Assembly: GCA_938073925.1 (NCBI GenBank)
Contig: CALJGH010000125.1
Span: forward strand, 1-39,375
Reading direction: 5' to 3'
DNA length: 39,375 nucleotides
Source: an uncultured Nitrospinaceae bacterium
Lineage (GTDB): Bacteria; Nitrospinota; Nitrospinia; Nitrospinales; VA-1
In this document: piece after piece, positions 20,393 through 28,435 of the stretch
Numbering within the stretch: position 1 is the first letter of the stretch
Layout of the letters: each line of letters begins with the position of its first letter
The notes under the pieces: generated by a model
Told to the model about the DNA's origin: nothing
What the model saw: only the letters and a program-made list of their open reading frames with translations
The model's database searches: none
Program-made: the position numbers and the translations under genes

Positions 20393-20650
20393 TCATTGTG
20401 ATGTGATTAACAAAAAAATAAAGTAAGCGACCATTTCCTTTAACTACCTCGCTATATAATAAGGAAGCTCGCGCTTGTTTTATAAGTGACCCTGTATTAA
20501 AATAATAACGATTGCGGTGAATTTGATCCAATATATACAAGGATCTACTCCATCCTCTTTCCTAGCTGGAACTTAAGGAATTTAAATCTTCTAAACATCC
20601 TTAGTTTTTAGATTTTTATAAAAAAAAATTGGGGATACACTATTACTACC

Positions 20651-21664
20651 ATGTCGTTCGATCGGATTTTGGGTCAAGCAAAACCCAAACAAACCTTAAA
20701 AAATGCACTCCAAAACAACAGCGTGGCACACGCCTACCTGTTTTATGGGCAGGAAAGCATTGGCAAAAAATATACCGCTATTGAATTGGCAAAAGCCATG
20801 AATTGTTCGGAATCGACAGAAGGTGAGTCCTGCGACGAATGCTTGTCCTGCAAAAAAATCGAAAAAAGAACTCATCCCGATTTCTTTTTTATAGAACCCG
20901 TCAAAAGCACTCCAACAGCACGAGAAGCGACAATCAAAATTGAACCCATTCGCGAGTTGCAAAGAAAACTTGCTTTTCACCCATACGAAGGAAAAGTGAA
21001 AGTCGCAGTGATCGATGATGCAGAGCTCATGAACCCGCAAGCGGCCAATTCTTTTTTAAAAACGTTGGAAGAGCCTCCATCGGCAACGGTATTGATTCTG
21101 GTTTCATCGCATCCATTTAAATTATTGCCTACCCTAATATCAAGGTGTCAGGCAATTCAATTCCAACCGCTCACTCCAGAAAACATAAAAAAGATTTTAA
21201 AAGAAAATATGAGCGAAGAAGCGATGGAGGAAAACGACCTGAACTTTCGCACTCTTCGATCGCGAGGCAGCGTAAAAAAGGCCATGACAGAAGATATGAC
21301 TGATATCGCTAATATTCGCCAGGAAATTGTAAATCTTCTGGAAACGGTATCTTTTGATCGTATGGATATAGTATTCTCACATGCCAAGTCTTGGGCTCGA
21401 CAGTCCGATCAATGGGAAATGATTTTTAACGAGATGATGGAATTAGTACGTGATCTTGCATGTTTCCGGTCAGGGTGCTCTGAACCAGAAATTCGCAATC
21501 GTGACATTGCCAACAAATTAAAACCATTAGCCTCAAAAAGAAGTTTAAAGTCCTGGCTTGAAATTTTTAATACGATACATACAACCCAATTAGCTTTGTG
21601 CGGAAATGCCAACGCTCAGCTTTTTTTTGAAAACATGCTTATAGACTTTTGCGAAGCCGCTTAA
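20651..21664 (+). CDS. holB: DNA polymerase III delta-prime subunit
   Basis: 337 aa. It has a clamp-loader AAA+ fold (HAYLFYGQESIGKK), the Zn module CDECLSCKK, FLKTLEEPP, and the SRC motif LISRCQ. Confidence 0.9.
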   Translation: MSFDRILGQAKPKQTLKNALQNNSVAHAYLFYGQESIGKKYTAIELAKAMNCSESTEGESCDECLSCKKIEKRTHPDFFFIEPVKSTPTAREATIKIEPIRELQRKLAFHPYEGKVKVAVIDDAELMNPQAANSFLKTLEEPPSATVLILVSSHPFKLLPTLISRCQAIQFQPLTPENIKKILKENMSEEAMEENDLNFRTLRSRGSVKKAMTEDMTDIANIRQEIVNLLETVSFDRMDIVFSHAKSWARQSDQWEMIFNEMMELVRDLACFRSGCSEPEIRNRDIANKLKPLASKRSLKSWLEIFNTIHTTQLALCGNANAQLFFENMLIDFCEAA

Positions 21665-21669
21665 ACATT

Positions 21670-22521
21670 ATGAATTCGACAGCCGAAAAAACTAAAAAAA
21701 CCGAAGCCATTTCAACACCCCCAAAATTTTTAATTGGCGTTCGCATCAGCAACCAAGCCAAATCGCAACTCTACGACCCAAAAGAATTAAAACTGCGTGT
21801 GGGAATGACAGTAATGGTCAATTCGAACCAAGGGCTCAAGATGGGCCTTGTGGCTTCCAACAAAATCATTAATTTTCGCAAAGACAAAAACGAAAGCTTT
21901 TATAAAGTTCTTCGCGTTGCAAACGAAAATGACTTTGAAGCTGAAAATCGTCGGCTGAGTGTCGAACAAAAAGCCAAAACTTTATGCTCCGAAAAGATCA
22001 TCGAGCTAAAACTGCCGATGAGCTTGAGTCGGATTGTTCACCAGCCGCATATGAATAAAACCATTTTCTTTTTCACCGCAGAAGGAAGGGTAGACTTTCG
22101 CCAACTCATTCGCGACCTTGCATCCAACCTGCGGCACCGCATCGAAATGAAACAGGTCGGAGTAAGAGATGAAGCAAAGGTCATAGGCGGATTTGGAATA
22201 TGCGGCGAAACATTATGTTGCTCTTCGTGGTTACCTGATTTTACTCCCGTCACCATAAAAATGGCAAAGAACCAGGGACTGGCATTGAACCCAAGTAAAA
22301 TTTCCGGTGTGTGCGGCAGACTGATGTGTTGCCTCCAATACGAACATGACAATTATAAAGAAATGGTTAAAGGCATGCCAAGAGTCAATAGCCAGGTGCA
22401 AACTCCAGATGGTCCCGGCAAAGTTTTAAAAAATGAAATTCTCGCCCAGAGAGTTATGGTTCGCCTCGACGATGAAAGCATTAATACCTACCCCAAAGAA
22501 GAACTGAAAGTTAAACAGTAA
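21670..22521 (+). CDS. PSP1 domain protein (RicT/YaaT-like)
   Basis: The ATG at 21670 lies 5 nt after the holB stop; the ORF-track start at 21649 would overlap holB. It has the PSP1 C-terminal Cys-rich signature GGFGICGETLCCSSWL ... CGRLMCCLQYE. Confidence 0.88.
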   Translation: MNSTAEKTKKTEAISTPPKFLIGVRISNQAKSQLYDPKELKLRVGMTVMVNSNQGLKMGLVASNKIINFRKDKNESFYKVLRVANENDFEAENRRLSVEQKAKTLCSEKIIELKLPMSLSRIVHQPHMNKTIFFFTAEGRVDFRQLIRDLASNLRHRIEMKQVGVRDEAKVIGGFGICGETLCCSSWLPDFTPVTIKMAKNQGLALNPSKISGVCGRLMCCLQYEHDNYKEMVKGMPRVNSQVQTPDGPGKVLKNEILAQRVMVRLDDESINTYPKEELKVKQ

Positions 22522-22554
22522 AATCCAAAACCCTGAAACTCGAAAAACTGGAAA

Positions 22555-24471
22555 ATGAAAAATTTTTACATCACCACCCCTATTTATTATGTGAACGATA
22601 TTCCACATATCGGGCATGCATACACAACCATAGCTGCAGATGTCGCCGCTCGCTTTAAAAGACTAGAAGGATATAAAGTTTTCTTCCTGACGGGAACCGA
22701 TGAGCACGGACAAAAAGTCCAGCAAGCCGCAAAAGACCTGAATGTAACGCCGCAGCAGCACGTCGACAAACTTCATCAACGGTTTAAAGAGTTATGGGTG
22801 AAGCTTAATATTTCCAACAGCGATTTCATCCGCACAACAGAAGAACGTCATAAGCGACTGGTATGCGACATTCTGCAAACACTGCATGAGAAAGATGAAA
22901 TTTATCGCGACAGCTACGAAGGCTGGTATTGCACCCCCTGCGAAAGATTCTGGACAGAAAAGGATTTACAGGAAGGCAATTGTCCTGACTGCCAACGTAA
23001 AGTAGAAAAAATAAAAGAATATAATTATTTTTTTCGCATGGGGAAATATCAGGATTGGCTTATTGAAAAAATAAAAAGCGACCCGCATTTCATACTGCCT
23101 GCTTCACGGCGGAATGAAGTTTTGGGCTTCCTGGAAAAGCCACTGGAAGACCTTTGCATCTCGCGTCCAAAATCACGACTTCCTTGGGGCATCCCCCTTC
23201 CCTTCGATGAAGAATATGTCACCTACGTTTGGTTCGATGCCCTAATAAATTATATTTCCGTCCACGGTTCGCTTGATGATATACGTGCCAGTGGCTATTG
23301 GCCTTCAGACCACAACATGGTTGGAAAAGATATCCTGACCACGCACGCGGTTTACTGGTCAACTATGCTGAAGGCTATTGGACTGGAGCCCCCAAAAAAT
23401 ATTTTTGCCCATGGATGGTGGACCGTGAACGGACAGAAAATGTCCAAGTCCCTGCACAATGTCGTCGAACCAAACCAACTCGCAGACCAGTTTGGAGTTG
23501 ATGTGATCCGTTACTTTCTTTTAAGAGAAGTTCCGTTTGGACTTGATGGTGATTTTTCTCATAAGGCTTTGATCGGGCGACTCAATAGTGACTTGGCGAA
23601 CAACCTGGGCAATCTACTCAATCGTTCCGTGAATATGATGAAGAAATATTTCAACGGCACCATCCCGGAACCTGCGACAAAAGGTGAAGAAGACATAGCA
23701 CTGAAAAAAAAAGCACAAGAAGTGATTGATGAAGTGCGTAAACTTTACGACGAACTTGCCTTCAATAAAATTCTACAAAAAATCTGGGAGTTGGTAGACA
23801 CTACCAACCAATACATTGACAAAACCGGCCCCTGGAATCTCGCCAAAACAGATGAAGGCAAAGAACGACTGAAAACCGTTATGTATAATGCCGCAGAATC
23901 TTTACGCATTCTGGGAGTTCTACTCTTTCCCTTCATGCCAAAAAGCTGCGAATCGTTGATGCAGCAACTGGGAGTTGAAAAAAAAATAGAAGAACAAGCA
24001 ATGGCCTCGCTCGATAACTGGGGCGGCTTAACATCGGGAACACAAACACAAAAGGCCAAACAACTTTTCCCGCGAATCGAAGACAAGCAAGCCGCAAAAA
24101 TTCTCGAAGAGTTAGATGCTCCAAAAGAAACTGCAAAAGACGATACAGGGCAAATCACGATTGATGAGTTTATGAAAGTCGACCTACGCACCGGAAAAAT
24201 TCTTGAAGCGGAGAAAGTAAAAAAATCCAGAAAACTGGTTAAACTCAAAGTGGATATCGGCACTGAAACTCGACAGATTCTCGCAGGCATCGCAGAAAGT
24301 TTTGAACCGGAAGACCTAATCGGGCGCACCGTGATTATCGTAGCCAATCTCAAACCAGCAAAGCTGATGGGGATCGAGTCACAAGGCATGGTGTTAGCCG
24401 CCAACAACGATGGCTCTCTCCTAATAGCAGGATTCGACCAAGAACCCGGATTGGGAATACAAGTACGATGA
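22555..24471 (+). CDS. metG: methionine--tRNA ligase with C-terminal Trbp111/EMAP-type tRNA-binding domain
   Basis: 638 aa. Motifs seen: HIGH-type PHIGHAYT, KMSKS, and the zinc knuckle CTPC ... CPDC. The C-terminal segment is KVDLRTGKILEAEKV ... GMVLAA. Confidence 0.97.
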   Translation: MKNFYITTPIYYVNDIPHIGHAYTTIAADVAARFKRLEGYKVFFLTGTDEHGQKVQQAAKDLNVTPQQHVDKLHQRFKELWVKLNISNSDFIRTTEERHKRLVCDILQTLHEKDEIYRDSYEGWYCTPCERFWTEKDLQEGNCPDCQRKVEKIKEYNYFFRMGKYQDWLIEKIKSDPHFILPASRRNEVLGFLEKPLEDLCISRPKSRLPWGIPLPFDEEYVTYVWFDALINYISVHGSLDDIRASGYWPSDHNMVGKDILTTHAVYWSTMLKAIGLEPPKNIFAHGWWTVNGQKMSKSLHNVVEPNQLADQFGVDVIRYFLLREVPFGLDGDFSHKALIGRLNSDLANNLGNLLNRSVNMMKKYFNGTIPEPATKGEEDIALKKKAQEVIDEVRKLYDELAFNKILQKIWELVDTTNQYIDKTGPWNLAKTDEGKERLKTVMYNAAESLRILGVLLFPFMPKSCESLMQQLGVEKKIEEQAMASLDNWGGLTSGTQTQKAKQLFPRIEDKQAAKILEELDAPKETAKDDTGQITIDEFMKVDLRTGKILEAEKVKKSRKLVKLKVDIGTETRQILAGIAESFEPEDLIGRTVIIVANLKPAKLMGIESQGMVLAANNDGSLLIAGFDQEPGLGIQVR

Positions 24472-25859
24472 TTATAGACACACACGCGCATATCGATGTG
24501 GCCGATTACGAAGAAGACCGCGAAGCTGTAATAGAACGCGCCCGCGAAGCCGGAGTGCAATACATGCTGAATATTGGTTGCGATATCGAAAGCAGCTATC
24601 GGTCTATGGAACTTGCCGAACAATACGATTTCATTTACGCGACTGCAGGCATCCATCCGCATGAAGTGAAATCCATTGATGAAGATACTTACACCCACCT
24701 ACGGCAATTGCTGGCTCATCCAAAGGTCGTGGCTCTTGGAGAAATAGGTCTCGATTATTTTAAAAACTATTCTCCTCAGGATTTACAACGCACGCATTTT
24801 CGCAATCAAGTGCAACTAGCGCGTGACATGAACAAGCCCATTGTTATCCACAGTCGGGATGCGAAGGAAGACATCATTTCGATTTTGTCAGAGTTTTATC
24901 CCAAAGACCCAACCGCACATTCTGGGATATTCCATTGTTTTTCAGGGGACCAGGAACTGGCAGACGCCGCGTTGGAGATGGGATTCTATATTTCCTTTTC
25001 CGGTTCAGTTACATTTAAAAAAGCAGAAGATCTGCGCGAAGTGGCGAAAAATGTTCCTGCAGATCGTTTATTCGCAGAAACCGATTGCCCTTATCTAACA
25101 CCTGTTCCACATCGAGGCAAGCGTAACGAACCGGCTTATGTAAATTTCACTGCTGAAAAACTTGCAGAAATCCGCGGATTAAAAATTGAAGATGTGGAAC
25201 GCACCATGGCACTGAACTTTTTCGAACTGTTTGGCATTGGCGCGCAAGCAAAAACGGGAACTGTTTCGTATAAGATTCGCAACTCACTTTATCTCAACCT
25301 GACACAACGTTGTACCGCTGATTGTGTGTTCTGCACCCGGCTGACTAAACCTGTTGTCCAAGGCTACAATTTGGCATTAGACCGGGAACCCACAGCGACT
25401 GAAGTTTGGGAATCGATTGACGATGTAAAAAAATACGATGAGGTTGTTTTTTGCGGATTTGGTGAGCCCACTCTCAGGCTGGATGTCATCAAAGAAGTCG
25501 CTAAAAAAGTCAAAGACAATGGCGGCCGCGTGAGGCTCAACACCAACGGTCATGGAAACGTAATCAACAAACGCAATATCCTGCCAGAGTTATCGGGTCT
25601 GATCGATGAAGTTTCGGTGAGTCTCAATGCCGACTCTTCGGAAGCCTACGATCAAATTTGTCAGCCCCTGCCAAAATTCCGCAATGGCATTTATGAAAAA
25701 ATTAAAGAATTCATTGAAGAGGCCAAAAAATACATCCCCGATGTACAAGCTTCTATTGTCACCCACCAAAACGGGGTCGATGAATCGAACTGCGAAGAAA
25801 TCGTAAATAAAGAATTTGGAGTAAAATACCGGGCACGCAGGTACAACATCGTCGGCTAG
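24468..25859 (+). CDS. TatD-family metal-dependent hydrolase fused to a radical SAM domain
   Basis: An ATGA overlap with the metG stop. Residues 1-~256 are TatD (IDTHAHID, GEIGLDY, VIHSRDA, FHCFSG, ETDCPYL). A short linker is followed by an rSAM core with CTADCVFC (CxxxCxxC, nt 25311-25334). The frame is continuous for 463 aa. Confidence 0.85.
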   Translation: MIIDTHAHIDVADYEEDREAVIERAREAGVQYMLNIGCDIESSYRSMELAEQYDFIYATAGIHPHEVKSIDEDTYTHLRQLLAHPKVVALGEIGLDYFKNYSPQDLQRTHFRNQVQLARDMNKPIVIHSRDAKEDIISILSEFYPKDPTAHSGIFHCFSGDQELADAALEMGFYISFSGSVTFKKAEDLREVAKNVPADRLFAETDCPYLTPVPHRGKRNEPAYVNFTAEKLAEIRGLKIEDVERTMALNFFELFGIGAQAKTGTVSYKIRNSLYLNLTQRCTADCVFCTRLTKPVVQGYNLALDREPTATEVWESIDDVKKYDEVVFCGFGEPTLRLDVIKEVAKKVKDNGGRVRLNTNGHGNVINKRNILPELSGLIDEVSVSLNADSSEAYDQICQPLPKFRNGIYEKIKEFIEEAKKYIPDVQASIVTHQNGVDESNCEEIVNKEFGVKYRARRYNIVG

Positions 25860-26019
25860 CCCGACCATGCGGCCGAATGGCTACTGGCAAAAGCTTTTGA
25901 AGAATACAAGGAAGGCTTTAATTATCGTAATCATATTGAAGCACTTTAAATCTTATACTCCCTTTCAAGTTCGTGTATTATCCATATTTGCTTCTTGATA
26001 TAAAAAGGGAATATAAGAG

Positions 26020-26454
26020 ATGGAAGAAACCAATGAATCTGTTGAATCTCAAGAGAGCGTAAACCGAAAAGGACTCGGCTGGGCCTCGCTAGGTGCAGGG
26101 TTGGCCGGGTTAAGTGTCATGCTCGGCGCGTTTGGCGCACATTCCTTGAAAGCCCGTTTGACAGAAAAAAAACTCGCTACCTTCCACACTGCCACCGACT
26201 ACCTCGGTTACCATGCATTAGGCCTGATCTTGATCGGCATATTAATTTACTTGTTGCATCGGGATACCGCGCGCAAGCTGAACCGCTCTGCAACCTGGAT
26301 AAGTGTCGGGATGGTATTTTTCTGCGGAAGTCTTTACGGGCTGGTGTTTGACGGCCCTCGGTTTTTGGGCCCGATCACCCCTCTGGGAGGACTCTGCTTT
26401 ATGATTGGATGGTTTACAGTGACTACCACTCTATTTAAAAAATCAAAAGGTTAG
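26020..26454 (+). CDS. DUF423 family membrane protein
   Basis: 144 aa with four TM helices. The motif LGAFGAHSL in helix 1 is typical of DUF423 (YgdD-like). Confidence 0.8.
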   Translation: MEETNESVESQESVNRKGLGWASLGAGLAGLSVMLGAFGAHSLKARLTEKKLATFHTATDYLGYHALGLILIGILIYLLHRDTARKLNRSATWISVGMVFFCGSLYGLVFDGPRFLGPITPLGGLCFMIGWFTVTTTLFKKSKG

Positions 26455-26477
26455 CCTCCCTTCTTCAGTTTAAAGGA

Positions 26478-26624
26478 GTCTGGGAAATTTCCCAGAATAT
26501 CTCTGGTGTTTAAACCGCAGCGGAAGAAACCACACAAGGTTCCAGCCAGACCAAGGATGTAGCCAACGAGCTTTCAAAGCTTGCAGTTGATCTGCAAGAC
26601 TTGGTCAGTCGATTTAAAATTTAA
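26478..26624 (+). pseudogene. relic of the extreme C-terminus of a methyl-accepting chemotaxis protein
   Basis: One frame reads VWEISQNISGV*TAAEETTQGSSQTKDVANELSKLAVDLQDLVSRFKI*. This is the characteristic end of an MCP signalling domain (.. AAEE .. S .. L ..... L . LVSRFK .), with an internal TAA at 26511-26513. Nothing of the gene remains upstream, where DUF423 ends at 26454. Confidence 0.6.
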
Positions 26625-26634
26625 AAGATTCATA

Positions 26635-26663
26635 AGCCCCTGGAAAATCCAGGGGCTTTTTTT
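26635..26663 (+). terminator. Rho-independent terminator
   Basis: A 9-bp stem AGCCCCTGG / CCAGGGGCT with loop AAAAT, followed by a T7 run. It starts 11 nt after the relic's stop codon. Confidence 0.8.
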
Positions 26664-26673
26664 ATTAACGAGG

Positions 26674-27666
26674 TTATGGTAGATCTGGGAAAATAACCTC
26701 GATGGGTTCTCCATCAAGAGCTATTAGAAATTCAACTAGGTCTTTTTTCTCCTGCGCGGTCAACCCAAGAGGTGTGATAAAAGGGCTCAGGTTTTCTTTT
26801 ATATCCCCTCCCCGATCATAAAACTCTATCACATCTTTCAATGTAGCTTCTGTTCCATTATGCATATAAGGAGCAGACTGGGTAATACTGCGTAAACCCG
26901 GGGTTTTAAAAGCACCTTTGTCAAAATCGGATTTACTTTCATTATATCGACCCAAGTCAACCTTCAAAGGTCCTGCCGCCTTAACCCCAATATTATGAAA
27001 ACCACTATCGGTAAAAACCGGACCGTTGTGACAAATAGCACACTTGGCCTTCCCAAAAAACAGGTTCATGCCTTTCACCGCCGATGTAGACATAGCGGAT
27101 TTGTCGCCAGCCCAATATTTATCATAGGGGGCATTTTTTGAAACAACCGATCTTTCATAAGTTGCAATGGCCTTGGCAATGTTATCGATAGTCATGGAGT
27201 TTGTTCCAAATACAGAGGTGAATCGTTTGACATAACCCGGTAGAGCTTTTAGCTCGCGAATTAATTCATCAAAGTTCTGATTCATTTCACCTGTAGCTTC
27301 AATAGGACCTTTCGCCTGATCTTCCAGAGATTTTTTTCTTCCATCCCACATCTGGACTTCAAAATATCCACTGTTTATAACGGTGGGAGCATGGCGACCC
27401 AATTCCTTCTGACCATCCCCAATAGTGCGAGGAAGTCCATCCCCCCAACCCAATCCGGGGTTATGGCAGGTGGCGCAACTTATCCAATTGCTCCCCGACA
27501 ATCGCGGATCAAAATACAGCATCTTCCCCAACGCTTCTTTTTCTTTAGACCATTTATTGTCTGCCGGATGTTTCATTTCCGGGACTCGTTCGTAAACAGA
27601 CTCTTCTGCCCATGCAGTTGAAAATGAAACCATCCCAACCAAAACCGCAATAATCAGCTGTCGCAT
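26674..27666 (-). CDS. di-haem cytochrome c peroxidase (CCP/MauG family), periplasmic
   Basis: Two CxxCH haem sites (CATCH, CAICH). The signal peptide is MRQLIIAVLVGMVSFSTAWA. I prefer the ATG at 27666, which follows TAAGGAAG by 6 nt, over the TTG at 27693 used by the ORF track. Confidence 0.9.
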   Translation of the reverse strand: MRQLIIAVLVGMVSFSTAWAEESVYERVPEMKHPADNKWSKEKEALGKMLYFDPRLSGSNWISCATCHNPGLGWGDGLPRTIGDGQKELGRHAPTVINSGYFEVQMWDGRKKSLEDQAKGPIEATGEMNQNFDELIRELKALPGYVKRFTSVFGTNSMTIDNIAKAIATYERSVVSKNAPYDKYWAGDKSAMSTSAVKGMNLFFGKAKCAICHNGPVFTDSGFHNIGVKAAGPLKVDLGRYNESKSDFDKGAFKTPGLRSITQSAPYMHNGTEATLKDVIEFYDRGGDIKENLSPFITPLGLTAQEKKDLVEFLIALDGEPIEVIFPDLP

Positions 27667-27683
27667 AAACGTCTTCCTTACTT

Positions 27684-28145
27684 TTAGTGGCAATTTTCCA
27701 ATCCTCTTTTTGCTAGATACTGTTGATGATAGTCTTCAGCAATATAATATTTTGACTCGGCGGTGATTTCCGTAACGATAGGATTTGGAAATCGTCCTGA
27801 ATTTTGTTCTTTAGATTTTATCGCAGCCGCTTCCTGAGCCGGATCAGCAAAGAAAATTACAGACCGATACTGTGTGCCTCTATCTGGCCCCTGTCTATTT
27901 AATGTCGTCGGGTCGTGACACCCCCAAAAAACATCAAGCAATTCTTCATAAGAAACAGAAGAAGGGTCGAACTCAACCCAAACTACTTCTGCGTGGTTGG
28001 TTTTTCCCGTACATACTTGTTCATAGGTCGGATTATCTGTAGCCCCTCCTGTGTAGCCGACAGAAGTGGAAGTAACCCCTTTCACTTTACCGAAGGCGAC
28101 TTCGATACCCCAGAAACATCCTGCCCCGAAAATTGCGGTTGCCAT
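27684..28145 (-). CDS. msrA: peptide-methionine (S)-S-oxide reductase
   Basis: 153 aa with the active site GAGCFWG and a strong RBS AGGAGGAAG upstream. No signal peptide is visible. Confidence 0.95.
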   Translation of the reverse strand: MATAIFGAGCFWGIEVAFGKVKGVTSTSVGYTGGATDNPTYEQVCTGKTNHAEVVWVEFDPSSVSYEELLDVFWGCHDPTTLNRQGPDRGTQYRSVIFFADPAQEAAAIKSKEQNSGRFPNPIVTEITAESKYYIAEDYHQQYLAKRGLENCH

Positions 28146-28156
28146 ACTTCCTCCTA

Positions 28157-28435
28157 TTAGCTTCGGCTGGTGATCTCAATAAGATGGTATCCGAATTGAG
28201 TTTTAACCGGACCATGAACTTTTCCCACATCATCATTAAACACGACTGTATCAAACTCAGGAACCATTTGACCGGGACTGAATTCTCCCAAACCTCCGCC
28301 GTCATTTCCAGATGGACATTCTGAATGCTGTTTCGCCATATCGGCAAAATCTGCACCCCCTTCAATCTTACTTTTTAAATCTATACAGGCTTCTTCGGTT
28401 TTGACAAGAATATGTCGAGCACTTGCTTTAGGCAT
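28157..28435 (-). CDS. ppiC: parvulin-type peptidyl-prolyl cis-trans isomerase (PpiC-like, single domain)
   Basis: 92 aa. It aligns along its full length with my recollection of E. coli PpiC: ARHILV ... GADFA ... CPSG ... GG.LGEF ..GQMVPEFD ... TQFGYHLI. Confidence 0.9.
   Translation of the reverse strand: MPKASARHILVKTEEACIDLKSKIEGGADFADMAKQHSECPSGNDGGGLGEFSPGQMVPEFDTVVFNDDVGKVHGPVKTQFGYHLIEITSRS

Noticed and set aside
23745-24698. A 317-aa ORF on the - strand spanning the metG/tatD junction.
   Set aside because: It is fully antisense to two genes with unambiguous motifs. Its translation is Ser/Phe/Ile/Cys-rich mirror-frame sequence with no motif. It is an artefact of the codon bias of the sense genes.
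25867-25998. A 43-codon + strand ORF immediately after the TatD-rSAM gene.
   Set aside because: There is no RBS, because its ATG sits 7 nt after the upstream stop inside a weak hairpin. Its composition is basic and hydrophobic, typical of random AT-rich sequence.
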